The notes under the pieces were generated by a model, which was given only the letters and a program-made list of their open reading frames with translations, ran no database searches and was not told the DNA's origin. A DNA stretch of 63,969 nt, the filler included, from Olpidium bornovanus S191 (lineage: Eukaryota; Fungi; Olpidiomycota): the NCBI GenBank assembly GCA_017911155.1. It is 31 parts of 31 records of this genome, joined end to end, with 100 filler letters (N's around TTAATTAATTAA, not from the genome) between each part and the next. Parts side by side here need not be neighbours in the genome. Positions count along the whole stretch, not along the records: positions 48,601 to 52,248 come from JAEFCI010001738.1; positions 52,349 to 53,880 come from JAEFCI010013196.1; positions 53,981 to 55,416 come from JAEFCI010011271.1; positions 55,517 to 57,097 come from JAEFCI010005598.1; positions 57,198 to 58,349 come from JAEFCI010002842.1; positions 58,450 to 59,732 come from JAEFCI010006362.1; 25 more parts are not named here. One strand, written 5' to 3'. Positions 48,601 to 59,832 of this stretch are shown here, one piece after another. The position numbers and the translations under genes were made by a program. Each line of letters starts with the position of its first letter. The first letter of the stretch is position 1.

Positions 48601-49625
48601 ACCATGGTCGCGAAGTGGAGCCGTAGTAACTGCGCCGCCTGAGCGAGCTCGAGGTGCGGGACCAGCTGCCGCAGGCCAAAGGAAGACGTGAGAACGTGCA
48701 TCAAAAAGAAATCCAGTTGGGGAGCTTTCGGATGCCCGGGACGGGATGACGCGAAAAGCAACATAGCCGCCGCGTCATGCAGCTCCGAGAGCTTGCGGAC
48801 GACGTCTTCTTCGGCCTCGTCGACGGTCCACTGGTTCAAGTATCCCGTCAGCATCGTCGCATTGGCGAGAGTTTCCCTCGTCTTCTCCTTGTCCGTGTAA
48901 TGAACGACCGAGTCCAAATTCCGGTCCGCTCGAATGTCTTTCAGAATATCAAAAATAGGTTTGAGCCTGCTCCTGTCTAGGTTCGGATCAAGGAGATCCA
49001 CCGTTTGCTGAAACTCGGTGACTGCGAGGGCAGTCAAAGCCAACGCTTCCGCGGCAATCTCGTCGTCCGCGGCTTCGACAGCATATCCTAGATGAATCAA
49101 GGGGTGGGAAACGCCGCCTAAAAGTCGAGGCAGGCAGGCCGGATCGAACGCGTACTTGACGGCCGTCTCCAGGATGGAACTCTCCTTTATTTGCATGGCG
49201 AAGAACTCGAGGTAGTTGGTGTAGCAGCTGTGGTCTCCGAGCCAATTCTTCCAGTTGGCGCCGTTGATGTTGACGTCCGTCCGGCGACGCGGCTTTTTGG
49301 GGAGGTAGCTGTCGTATGCGGCCCACAGGTCGTCGAAGCGGCAGGCGCCGCCAAGGTCCTCGCAGCCGAGGGCCTCGACGGCGACCACGTGGTGGGCCAG
49401 GTGGTTGTGGAACACCTCGTTGTCGTGGAAAATGTAGTGGTAGTGGTGGTTGCGGCTGATGATGTCCTTGGCGGCGCGCGAGAGCGGGGTCGTCTGCGGC
49501 GGCAGGAGGCGGCGCAGAAGGTCTGACCCTCGTGATCCCGGGACGGCGGCGGCAAGCGGCTGCTGACGCTTGGCGCAGCCGCTGGCGGCGGCGGCGGCCA
49601 ACGAGGCCGCGCTGCCCACGGGCAT
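48601..49625 (-). CDS. Questin oxidase / HypA-AflY (DUF4243)-like protein, 3' truncated
   Basis: FHNHLAHH..A..ALG, NWKNWLGD..CY.NYLEFF, RLLGGVSHPLIHLGYAVE.....AEALA..A and LDFFLMHVLTSS..L..L. Confidence 0.85.
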
Positions 49626-50523
49626 TTTTTTTTTAAGCTTTGCGAGCGAAAAGCGGGCGGGAGAGGCGGCGGGAGGACGGCACGCGCGGGCGGCGGGGTC
49701 AGAGTGGGGCCGCGTTTTATTCTTATGCTGTGCCGCGCGCGCGGGCGAAACTGCCCCGCCGGACCGACCTCGATCTTCAAAAACTTCCACAAAATTTGGA
49801 AAAACCACCCTCGGAAGACCAAGATCTCGTTGGCACCCAGACACAACACTCCCCCAGGGCGTACTAAGGTGTGTTCCAGCGTCTGGCAACACAGGAGACA
49901 CGTTGTGGAAGTAAAACCCGGCCGAGCTGCATTAGTGGCGGAAGGGCGCTGTGGGAGGGGGGGGGCGGGGGGCAGGAGCGAGGACAAACGGAGGCTCGGC
50001 GGCATCATCATATCACTCGGGGGGGGGAGTATATCCTCCGAGGTTCCGAGTTGTTCCTCCAATTTGCGCTAATGATTGGAGAGTACCGAGAGTATCAAGT
50101 AACATCGATGAGTGCTCCGTTGGGCGGTGGGGACTCCGCCGCAAGAGGCAAGATGACGCGTCGCGGTGGGGCAGGGCCTCGTAATTAAAGTAGATTACAC
50201 GTGAACACCCCCCGCACGCGAACTAGTGCAGCCCTATCCGCTGCCCGAAACCCGCACCAACTCCAAAGAGGAGAGCACCCGCCGCCGAGGCGAGTTGTTT
50301 TAGAGAATAGAGCAATGCGTTCGGACCCCGTTTAGAACTGTCGCCGAGGCATAGTAAGAGAGAGAGGGAAAAAGAGACGAACAGACGTCCGGACTTAGCA
50401 CTCCGGCAGTCGCCGAAAGAGACTGCCATCGTGCCGAACTGGGCCGTTCTTGCCCACAACGTGTCAACCCGTTTTCTGCCTTCTGGAGGGCACTACACTT
50501 ACCAAAGTAGCTGCTGTAAGAAT

Positions 50524-50751
50524 ATGCCTCAGTTACCTCACATCGAACAGAAGCGCCAGATCTGTCGTTAGAAGGACCGCTATCCACAGATTACGCAGAC
50601 GGCACTGGCTGCTTGGGCAAAGACGGAATTCAATCTTCCTGGGAAAGGCTTCACGCAGGCGACAGTCTGTAACATCCTAAAGAAGCGCCAGGAACTGGAG
50701 GCGATGGATAAAGATGAGCTCAGCACAAAGCGCCCGCGCACTGTTCAGCAT
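50524..50751 (+). mobile_element. Truncated pogo/Tigger (CENP-B-like HTH) transposase relic
   Basis: IEQKRQICR*KDRYPQITQTALAAWAKTEFNL...FTQATVCNILKKR...KRPR; in-frame TAG at 50569 and truncation before the DDE domain. Confidence 0.75.
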
Positions 50752-50852
50752 CTTATAAGTCCCCATTTTCTTATAAGTTATCAATTATAACGTATCGGCC
50801 ATAGAACGATGTCAGTGGAAGCCAAAACGTGTAAAATAGCAGAGACTATTAA

Positions 50853-51036
50853 GTATTAGGATATAAAGTATGAGAGGGACGACTGAATATTTATATTGGC
50901 TACACATCGGGGAGCTTTGCTCCCTCAGAGAGAGCGCCAGGGTTGTATTAGGATATAAAGTATGAGAGGGACGACTGAATATTTATATTGGCTACACATC
51001 GGGGAGCGTTGCTCCCTCAGAGAGAGCGCCAGGGTT
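50853..51036 (+). repeat. 92-bp tandem duplication (2 copies, 1 mismatch)
   Basis: gtattaggatataaagtatgagaggg...gggagc(t/g)ttgctccc...gcgccagggtt starts at 50853 and 50945. Confidence 0.92.
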
Positions 51037-51108
51037 ACCCTTTATACTTACCCTACCCTACGTTTTCTCTTACAGTAAAGATTCTGATGGAAACTTTGAA
51101 CATATTGT

Positions 51109-51380
51109 GATGCAGAATCTGACACAGACTCTGATGCAGACTCTGAAGCAGGCTTTGATGCAGAATTTGACCCGAACTCTGACTTTGAATCTGAAGCAGA
51201 CTTTGGAGCAGGGTCTGACTCAGACTCTGAATAAAGATCTGACGCAGACTCTGAATCAGTATCTGAAGCTGACTCTGAATGAGGATCTTAAGCTGGCGTT
51301 GAATGAGATCTTGAGCTGACTTTGAAGGAGAATCCGATGCTGACTCCAGTGCAGATTTAAACGCGGACTCTGATGCTGTA
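51109..51380 (+). repeat. Degenerate 12-nt tandem repeat (GAN-GCA-GAN-TCT; D/E-A-D/E-S in one frame)
   Basis: gatgcagaatct gacacagactct gatgcagactct gaagcaggcttt gatgcagaattt ...; the acidic frame is broken by TAA/TGA. Confidence 0.8.
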
Positions 51381-52162
51381 GTAAAGAGAAGCAAGCGGTT
51401 GTCTTCCCTTCCTCGTCTTATGGTTTATCTGAACGGAAGCCGGGAGAATCTCAGGGAAATGGACGGTTGGGAGCGAGAGGGAGGAGGTGCTCGTTCAAGT
51501 GCTGCGTCGTCGGGCGGGCCCCGGGCGCCTGTTCAGCGCCCTGCCTAATTTTTCCCCGTGGCTTCTTGGCAGAGCGCCTCCCTCCTCAGGCAATTATCAT
51601 CCCGCTCTTCCCTCTGGCAAAATCCCATCCTCGCGTCTCTCCCAGTTCTTCTTTCCCGTAGCCGGCGCGTCGACAGCCTTCAGTCGGCAGGCCGCCGCAC
51701 CATAGCCGGCTGAGCGAGGTTTCTCAGCGCTCAGGGGTTTCTTCCTCCACGCCCGGCAACAGTGCATGGTCACGGCCGGTTCGACTCCAGCACACAACTT
51801 TCACGTCACCGTAACACAGCTGTGAGAAGGAACCGCTTGGGAAAGGGGCCGGCCGACGGTGATCGATGCGCAAAAGAGTTTTCCTGGCCCGACCGCGCGC
51901 CGACTGCTTTCGCGGAGAGGCGCTCCAACCACTGAGCTATCCCGCCCGCCTCGCCGGGTGTCTTGTTCCCGCCGAAGCCATCCTTTAACACAGGGAGAGG
52001 AGGGCAGCGGGAGGAAAGGGGCTGCGTGCAACGGGGTTTTGGCGGTGAGGAGGACGTCTTCTGGGGAGAGCCGCACCGCTCCGCCGAGGAGAAAAAAAAA
52101 AAAAAAAAAAAAAAAAGAGGTGCGTTTCCTGCGTCGTTGTCGCTGCGCGTCCTCTCACTTTG

Positions 52163-52248
<86 letters not shown>

Positions 52249-52573
52249 NNNNNNNNNNNNNNNNNNNNNNNNNNNNNNNNNNNNNNNNNNNNTTAATTAA
52301 TTAANNNNNNNNNNNNNNNNNNNNNNNNNNNNNNNNNNNNNNNNNNNNAAACACATCTCGAACCCTTTTTCCCCCCGTGTTCTTCCTGGGAAGCTCAAGG
52401 GACTCGCGATGACGAATTGCGAAAAGATGCGACTGGCACACAACAGCTTTGTGACGTGCGGTTTTCATGCGTTTACTTTTTCTTGTTTTTTGGTTGTAGG
52501 GCGTTTGAACGTCTGCGATTTTCATTAAACTCGCGGGGTGCTGACGGACAGTTTGACTTTTTCCGGGACGCAG

Positions 52574-53796
52574 CCAGGTGTTCGACGTTGAAGAGGAGGA
52601 GGATGAATCGCGGGGCGATCAGAAGGTCGCCGACGCGGGCGAAGCCTCGAAAAGGGGGAAAAGAAGGAAGGGGGAGGACAGCGAGGGCTACGGGACGGCG
52701 GCATACCACTTCATCAGCTACGTTCCCGTGAACAACAGGTTGTACGAACTGGACGGCCTGAAACGCGGCCCGTTTGATCTTGGTGAGATGGAGACCGTTT
52801 AATAGAAGCGGCGCCCCCCCCTCCCCCGTGCGGACAACCTTGTCCCTGACTTTTTTGTTTCGTTCGTCCGACAGGGCCGTGCGCGTCCGAGAACTGGCTG
52901 GAGGACTGCATCCCGTTCGTGCAGAAGCGGATGCAATGGTTCGCGACCGGCGCGCCGTTGTTGTCGTTGGCGAATTTGGGATTTCGTAAAATGATGGCGC
53001 TGAACCCGCGGCTGCGTGTATGCGCGCGCGCGCTTGTGCGCCCCGTGTGTCACAGGTTCAGTAACGAGGAGGCGTCCTTCAACTGCATGGCGGTCGTCAA
53101 AGAGCGCCTACCCATCTGGCGGGAACAGCTTCGAAAGGCAAAGGAGGACCAGGATATAGTCGCGAACCGCATCCGGGCCGCGCTTCGCCAGAGCGCGGAC
53201 AAGAGGACCTTCAAGAAAGTCGTCAGGGACGCCGATTGGAGACAGTACTCGGCGGAGGTCGGTCTGCTTCGCGAGGGGCAAGCTGTGTGACCGAAACCTA
53301 TTTTTAACTCGGCTGCTCCTGTCAAACTCGCGTTTCACGCGCGACAGGCGACGCGCACAAAGAAAATGCCTGATTCGGTTTTTTTTTCCCGTCCGCCGTC
53401 GTTTGCCTCCAGACCAGCGCGATGCGGGACCCGTCTGACGCCGTCTTTGTCCGGGTGCCCGACCAGAGCCGCCTTGACGAACGGGAAACGTCCGACGGCT
53501 CTTGCCGGGCCTCCGGCGGAGCGAGCCCGTCCGCGTCCGCGCCCCCGCGGGAGGGCCCGCACGTCGAAGAGCTCGGCGTGTTGCACGCGCTGCTGGACGT
53601 GCAGGTCGCGCAGCTGCAGGCGGCCGTCGAGGACGAGGAGGCGCGGCTGGCGAGGTACGCCACGCGCCGCACGAGGGAGCTGTTCGACTACCGGCCGTTC
53701 ATCGAGCGCCTCATCCGCATGCTCGAGGCGAAGCGCGGGGGCAAACTGTTGAAAGAACTCATGGCGCAATGCCGGGAAGCGAAGGAAGGAACGTAG
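52574..53796 (+). CDS. UCH37/UCHL5-type ubiquitin C-terminal hydrolase, 5' truncated
   Basis: [28 protein letters not shown] (catalytic His and Asp), NWL....P.VQKRM, FNCMAVV and a C-terminal [16 protein letters not shown]...FDYRPFI..LI.ML. Confidence 0.88.
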
Positions 53797-54047
53797 CGGA
53801 GCGTGGGTTACCAGGATTTTTTCTTTTTGGCGAAAAATTTTTGAGAACGCGGCCGGTCGCAAAGAATAATTTTTTTGGCGNNNNNNNNNNNNNNNNNNNN
53901 NNNNNNNNNNNNNNNNNNNNNNNNTTAATTAATTAANNNNNNNNNNNNNNNNNNNNNNNNNNNNNNNNNNNNNNNNNNNNACATGAACGGGCGGGTGGAG
54001 TTCTTCGGGGTGCGTGCTAGGAAAGAAACTGTGCCGAGTAATTCACG

Positions 54048-55260
54048 TCAGCGAATGACGGGCGGCTCGTCGTCGAAGATATCCTTCCCCAGAGGATCAG
54101 CGGAAACCCTTCCACGTGGGACAGCTGGGCTCCTGCACGGACGAACATTTGTCAAGAAGTAAAAACACGGCCGGTTGAGGCAATAGCTGGTTAACGCGCG
54201 GGAAAAGCGCCTCGATGTAGACAACAAAACAGAAGCGAACAACGACCACCAGCCGCCAGAGCGAAAGCTGTTTGCGGAACCGGGAAGGAACCCACTCTCT
54301 AGGCGCAAATATCTTCACTTGGCGGACGTGAGTGTCCTTCCCGTTCTGGTGGTTGGACAAGATGGCAATCTGGAGAAACCACGTCCGGAGAAGCTGCCTT
54401 GAGGTGCAGCTAGGTGTGCGGCAGGTGTCACGGGTCGTCGCCAGAACGCACCGAAAAAAGTTTCTCCGGAAAAGCACCGTCGCATCAGCGCCCACCTCGC
54501 CGGCCCCGTCATCGGAATGACCGTCCACCCTTCCGGTTCGTTGAGTTCAACCTGCGTGACTTCCTGCGGCAGAGTCCCACCGCGGCCCAGGCTCCTCGGG
54601 TCAAAACGCCTTTTTTTCTTTCCTTGTCTGGTGAGACGCCCGTCAAAAATAAACGTCCTCTGCTAAGCCCAATTCACCTGTATGTCCTGGAACGTCGTCC
54701 CGGCTCTTATCGATACCCGGCACGGGGTGTACGACTCGTCAGTCTTGTACTGAGTGAAAATTTTGACGTTCTGTGGACACCAGAACGGAAGGTGGAAGGA
54801 GAGGAGAGGCCACTCGCCCGAGTAAGAAAAAAGCCGCGGCTTTGCTCCGCGAACCGACGTCGAAGGGGAAGGCAAGAGGTGGGCGGAGGCCCTGGCGACG
54901 CACCTTGATCTTCACCTTCCTGTGGAACTGTATGCTGACAGTGTGCGGCTGCGGCCCGTCCGACCTGAAGAACAAGGCACGCAAGCGCGCGGTCCGGGCA
55001 ACCGCCCGTTCGTGCATAGAACGATTCGTGAGCGACGGCGGCCCCCGCAACGTCCCTACGCCAGCAGCGCCCGTCCCCCCGGCGCGCAGAACCTGGCCCC
55101 GCACTCCTCCCCTTTCCCCACTCAACTGCCAATACGTGTCGGTGCTGCCGTCCCTGAGCTGCTGCACGCCGTAACCGGGCTTGCAGCTGGAGAGCGTCCA
55201 CACGCCCAGCTCGCCGATCTCGCGCAGCTCCGTGTCGTCCGAAGCGTCAAGGACGACCAT
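54048..55260 (-). CDS. APC10: Anaphase-promoting complex subunit 10 (Doc1); 3' end approximate
   Basis: [34 protein letters not shown]|SDGPQPH.V.IQF..K|..DESYTP..VSIRAGT.FQD.Q|[11 protein letters not shown] and [26 protein letters not shown]. Confidence 0.95.
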
Positions 55261-55261
55261 G

Positions 55262-55306
<45 letters not shown>

Positions 55307-57052
55307 GTACCCCCCCCCCCCCCCCCCCTCCCCCCGGGGGCGCTTTCTCTCCCTCCGCCCGTCACCCTCCCTTTGTGTGTTGCAAACCAGAGTCAGTCGA
55401 ATGGCGGTGCAGGCAGNNNNNNNNNNNNNNNNNNNNNNNNNNNNNNNNNNNNNNNNNNNNTTAATTAATTAANNNNNNNNNNNNNNNNNNNNNNNNNNNN
55501 NNNNNNNNNNNNNNNNATATTTTCTTCAAAAAGCGAGATTAAGCATCGGCGTGGGCGGCCCAAATCGTCAAAACTAAGCTCGCAGAGCCAACCGAAATCA
55601 AACGTTGGGTCGGAATATTTGGAAATGTGACCCCATGTTGTTTCTTTCTCGACGACTACCGACTACGTTGTCACGTCAAATGGTGACCGCCGAGCACGGA
55701 CTTTATATTGTCCCGCGTACTTCCGTGTGACGCCGTGTTACATAGTATCTTCCACTTTAAACTCGCCGAACTGGAGAGGAATTTCAGATTTTTGAGATTG
55801 CTAATTAAAAAAAAAAGCACTCGATGACCATCACCGGCAAAGGTTTTCCGAGCCATACCGTAATCGGAGAAGCAGCAGGCTGCCTCCCTCGCGCGCAGAT
55901 ACTCGCAAAACACCGCTTATGACGGTATTGAAACCAAGTGGTCGAGTGCATGCTCTACTCGACGCAGAACGAAGACGAGTTCGTCTCGGGTGAAAAGCCT
56001 GCGAGCTCTCTGGCCCACGTTCGCGGAGCACATTCGTGACCACGCTAAAGGCCTGCCTGCCCAACGTGATCCCTGTCATCCTGAAATGCGCGGTGTATTC
56101 CGAAGAGGATGTGCAATCGGCCGGGCGGCGGACTCGGACGAAAGCCCGATTTCCCTGACTCGCATGGAGAGGCCCGGTTCACCCCCCACGGCCCGCGCAG
56201 CGGCCCGGCCCGTCTCCAAGAGCGAAAAAGTCATGTAAACGACGGCGGCAGGCCGCGACACCGAGTGGAAACTTTGAGGAAAGCGTGCGGCCCGGCTTTC
56301 GCTGGACACCGTCGCGCGGGGTGTTCCGGCGGGGGAGAGGGTGGCCGGCGGTCCCTTCTGCCCGCCTCGCAGGGGAGGTTAGAAAAGCGACTGGTTGAAA
56401 AAGCCAGCGAGAGCGGCATCCCGGGCGCCCGGGAGCCGCCGCGGAAAAAGCGGCGCCTTGGAATCTGTGCGAGCGATCCGCAAAGATCGCGGCACCCGCG
56501 AGCGGTAACTCCCATGGTTCGCGATCTCGCCGTGTTCGGGGTTTGCCCGGAAGGGGAAACGAGCCCCGACACACCGTGGCCCGCGCGCCCCATGCCGCAC
56601 TTCTTTTTTTCAAACGCCTGTTTTCTTTCTGTACGCGCGAGGGTGATCACCGTCACACCTGCAAAGTCTTCATCGCCACCCCGTAAGACCATCTATGACC
56701 CGACGGTTCGGGAAAAATAGGCTCCCCCCCCCGGTACGGCGGCCTCGGACAGGCGCAGCCTTCCCCGTCTTTTCCTGCCGACCGGCGTCCTGGTGTCTCG
56801 TCCCCCTTCGTCTCCCTCGGCGGGGTTCTCCTAGTCTTTTCTCCTGTTTCGCGCTGTTCAGGTCGTTAGGGGCACGCGCAGAGAAGCCGCCGCCGCGTTC
56901 GGCAACGGGCCGGCTGAGACGTGGTGCGGTCGCCGTGCCGCGTGGTGAATACCACAGGCCGAGAGACCTCGGGAAGTCGACGCTCTTTTTGAATTTGAGC
57001 GGAGCCCACGAGCGGCGAAAAGCTGGCCCTCCCCTCGTTGCCTTTCTTTTAA

Positions 57053-57097
<45 letters not shown>

Positions 57098-58814
57098 NNN
57101 NNNNNNNNNNNNNNNNNNNNNNNNNNNNNNNNNNNNNNNNNTTAATTAATTAANNNNNNNNNNNNNNNNNNNNNNNNNNNNNNNNNNNNNNNNNNNNCGG
57201 CATCAATTTTTGTCCCGGCATCCTTGGTACGGTGATTCCTTTTGTTTCGTTTTGGGAGGCCCTTTGGAAGCGCATTCCTAATGTGCCTGTTTTCGTGAAA
57301 TGCCGATAAGCAACATGCTGACGCAGGCGATACGATTTTTGGTGTGCCGCAACCAACGGCGGATCCAGCCTATCTTGCTGCGCGGAGGTCTTCCCGGCGA
57401 TTCTTATCTGGAAATATGGCGGCGTCCGCAATGACACGGCGTGCATCCATCACGCAGCGAAAAAACGCACCTCAGGCTCTGCGAGAAGGTGAAATCCCGT
57501 CTCCGTCGCCGGATGCTGCACCCGTGGAGCCGAAATCGCTGGCCGCGGCTGAAGAGCCCGTGAAGCGACTAGAACCTTGCATCGCGCAGATTTCGACGAA
57601 GCTGCAATTGCATGCGTCTGAAACCGCGGAACCGCCCGGCGCGCCGCCGCGTAATCTCAAGACGAAGGAGCGAATCGGCGTCATTCCCGCCGACAACTCA
57701 GTGGACGTACACAAAGTGTACAGCGGGCGAAGACGCCGCTCGTCGGCTCCTGGCGACATCGTGATCTCCCAGCGCCCTGACCCACCCTCGAGACCTCACA
57801 CAGAATCTCTTTCTGACTCTCGGTCATGTTCCCAGTCCTCTGGCAACTCTACCCTGAGCGGCGGCGCTAGTAGGGTTCTGATCAAGGTGGGAGACGCTCG
57901 TCTGGGTCGTTCCGGCTTTTTTTTTTTTTTTTTTTGGATTCCCCTTTTTGCGTCGACAGCGTTGGTGTACCAGGGCCTTCTGCTCCCGTCGCGTCCGAAT
58001 TTTGGCGACTAACGAGCCGCGATCCCCGGAAGTCGCCGAGCCAGTATCGCTCCCACGGAGGCGCATCCAATGCAAGCGTGGGCGAGGAGAGGGGATTGGT
58101 GAGTAGCCGCTCGTTGACCACCGAGGCGGACGGCGCGGGTCTCCGAAGATCCAGCACAACCTGCAGGAAGCCCCGCCCCAAAAAGTCAATTCCTTGGGAG
58201 ATTACGGCAAGATCACATAACCCGGCGCACGTCGTCCAGTGAAAAAAAGACAAAAAAATTTGCTGATTTTCGCGATTCCGACAGCCGGTGCCGGCAAGGG
58301 GAGAGTATAAGAAGTGATTTCTGGAAGTGACCTAAAAAAAGTAAAGCAANNNNNNNNNNNNNNNNNNNNNNNNNNNNNNNNNNNNNNNNNNNNTTAATTA
58401 ATTAANNNNNNNNNNNNNNNNNNNNNNNNNNNNNNNNNNNNNNNNNNNNGGAAGGCGTCGGCACTCGGCCGCAGCACCAGCGCGAGAAGAAAGGAAGGGG
58501 AAGGCGGGGAAACAGAGAGGCAGCGTGACGGAAGGGGGGCCGGGGGATCTGGGGGAAACGGGTGATGGATGCGTGTGGTGCGTGTTGTGCGTGCGGGTGC
58601 GCGCGCGCGGACGTGTGCGTGTCCCCCCCCACGCCCCCTCCTTGCCCCCCTCGCCCCGCCGCTCTCCGTCTTTTTCCTCCAGCCCGAAATCTGATCGCTT
58701 TTCCATTCCCCGCGGCAGGGGAACAAAAAAAAAGAGAAAGTGGGAAAAAAAAAAAAAAAAACCGGAAAGAAAGAGAAGAGGACAGCGCTGGGGGAAGAGC
58801 GATTAATCACACGC

Positions 58815-59544
58815 ATGGCGTCGATGATCCACCAGGTCCCGTTCGCCGCCGCCGACGCATCCTCCTCCGCCTCTTTTTCGGCCGACCGGCGGCAAAAAGA
58901 CGACGGGGAGGCGGCGGCGGCGGCGGCGGCGGCGAGAAGGCGGCAAGCGGGCCGGCGCCGCCGCCGGCGATGCGCCGGAGACCGCCGGGCCGGGACGCCG
59001 GGCGTAAAGCATTTGCCGCCGGCGGCCTCCTCCCCGTCGCCCCCCTCGTCCTCCTCCACCTCCCCTCCGCCGCCGTCGTCCTCGGAGCTCGTCCGCGCCG
59101 GCCCGCCTGCGCTCGCCGCCGCCGCCGCCGCCGCCGCCGGGACCTGCGGTCGGTCCAAGGCGCTCGAGCTCATGGGCGACCTGGCGTTCAGCCGGGACCT
59201 GGAGGCGCTGCTAAAGGGGGCGAAGCTGCGCCCGCGCTGGGCCCAGATCATTGAGCAGTACGTCGCCCGCTGCGCCGCCGCCGCCGCCGCCGTCGCCGCC
59301 TCGCCCCCCGCCCGCCGCCGCCGCGACGGCCTCCACCACCACAACCACCACCACCAGCACAGCAACCTCCACCACGCCAAGTTCCAGGCGGCGGCGGCGC
59401 TGGCCGCGGCGGCGTCCGGGACGACGACGACGACGACGACAACGACCCAGCTCGCCCGGTGGAGACCCGGCGACGTGGGGAGCAGCGCCGGCGGCGGCGC
59501 GGACGACGAGGACCACTGCCTCTGCCGCCTCTCCGCAGCCAATC
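58815..59544 (+). CDS. Hypothetical protein, first exon, low complexity (poly-Ala, poly-Thr, His-rich)
   Basis: GC-rich ORF ending at a GTACGT donor; the ordered segment ALELMGDLAFSRDLEALLKGAKLRPRWAQIIEQYV is not assigned to a family. Confidence 0.45.
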
Positions 59545-59832
59545 GTACGTGCGGGAAGCGGGAAAAAAACAAAAAAAGGGCAGCCGGGATGGCCGAAAGA
59601 GAGGGAGAATTGGAAAAAAAGTGGACGTGGGGGGGGGGGGAGGAGCGGCGGGCGGTTTTGCTGCCGGGGGAAGAAGAAAGGGTCCTCTTGCGGTCCCCCC
59701 CCCCCCCCCCCCCCCCCCCCCGGCCCCCCCCANNNNNNNNNNNNNNNNNNNNNNNNNNNNNNNNNNNNNNNNNNNNTTAATTAATTAANNNNNNNNNNNN
59801 NNNNNNNNNNNNNNNNNNNNNNNNNNNNNNNN

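Noticed and set aside
24896-49625. FMO plus questin oxidase as a secondary-metabolite cluster
   Set aside because: They are on different contigs and no backbone synthase is visible.
51380-51735. RNase P/MRP-like RNA (GGAAGCCGGG near 51435 and ACCATAGCCGGCTGA near 51699)
   Set aside because: The putative P4 lacks the universal bulged U and P1/P2 pairing is weak; chance match is likely in GC-rich DNA. An Infernal search would settle it.
55517-58349. ORFs 56109-56720 and 57344-58012 as proteins
   Set aside because: No recognisable motifs, and the coding strand and frame are ambiguous.
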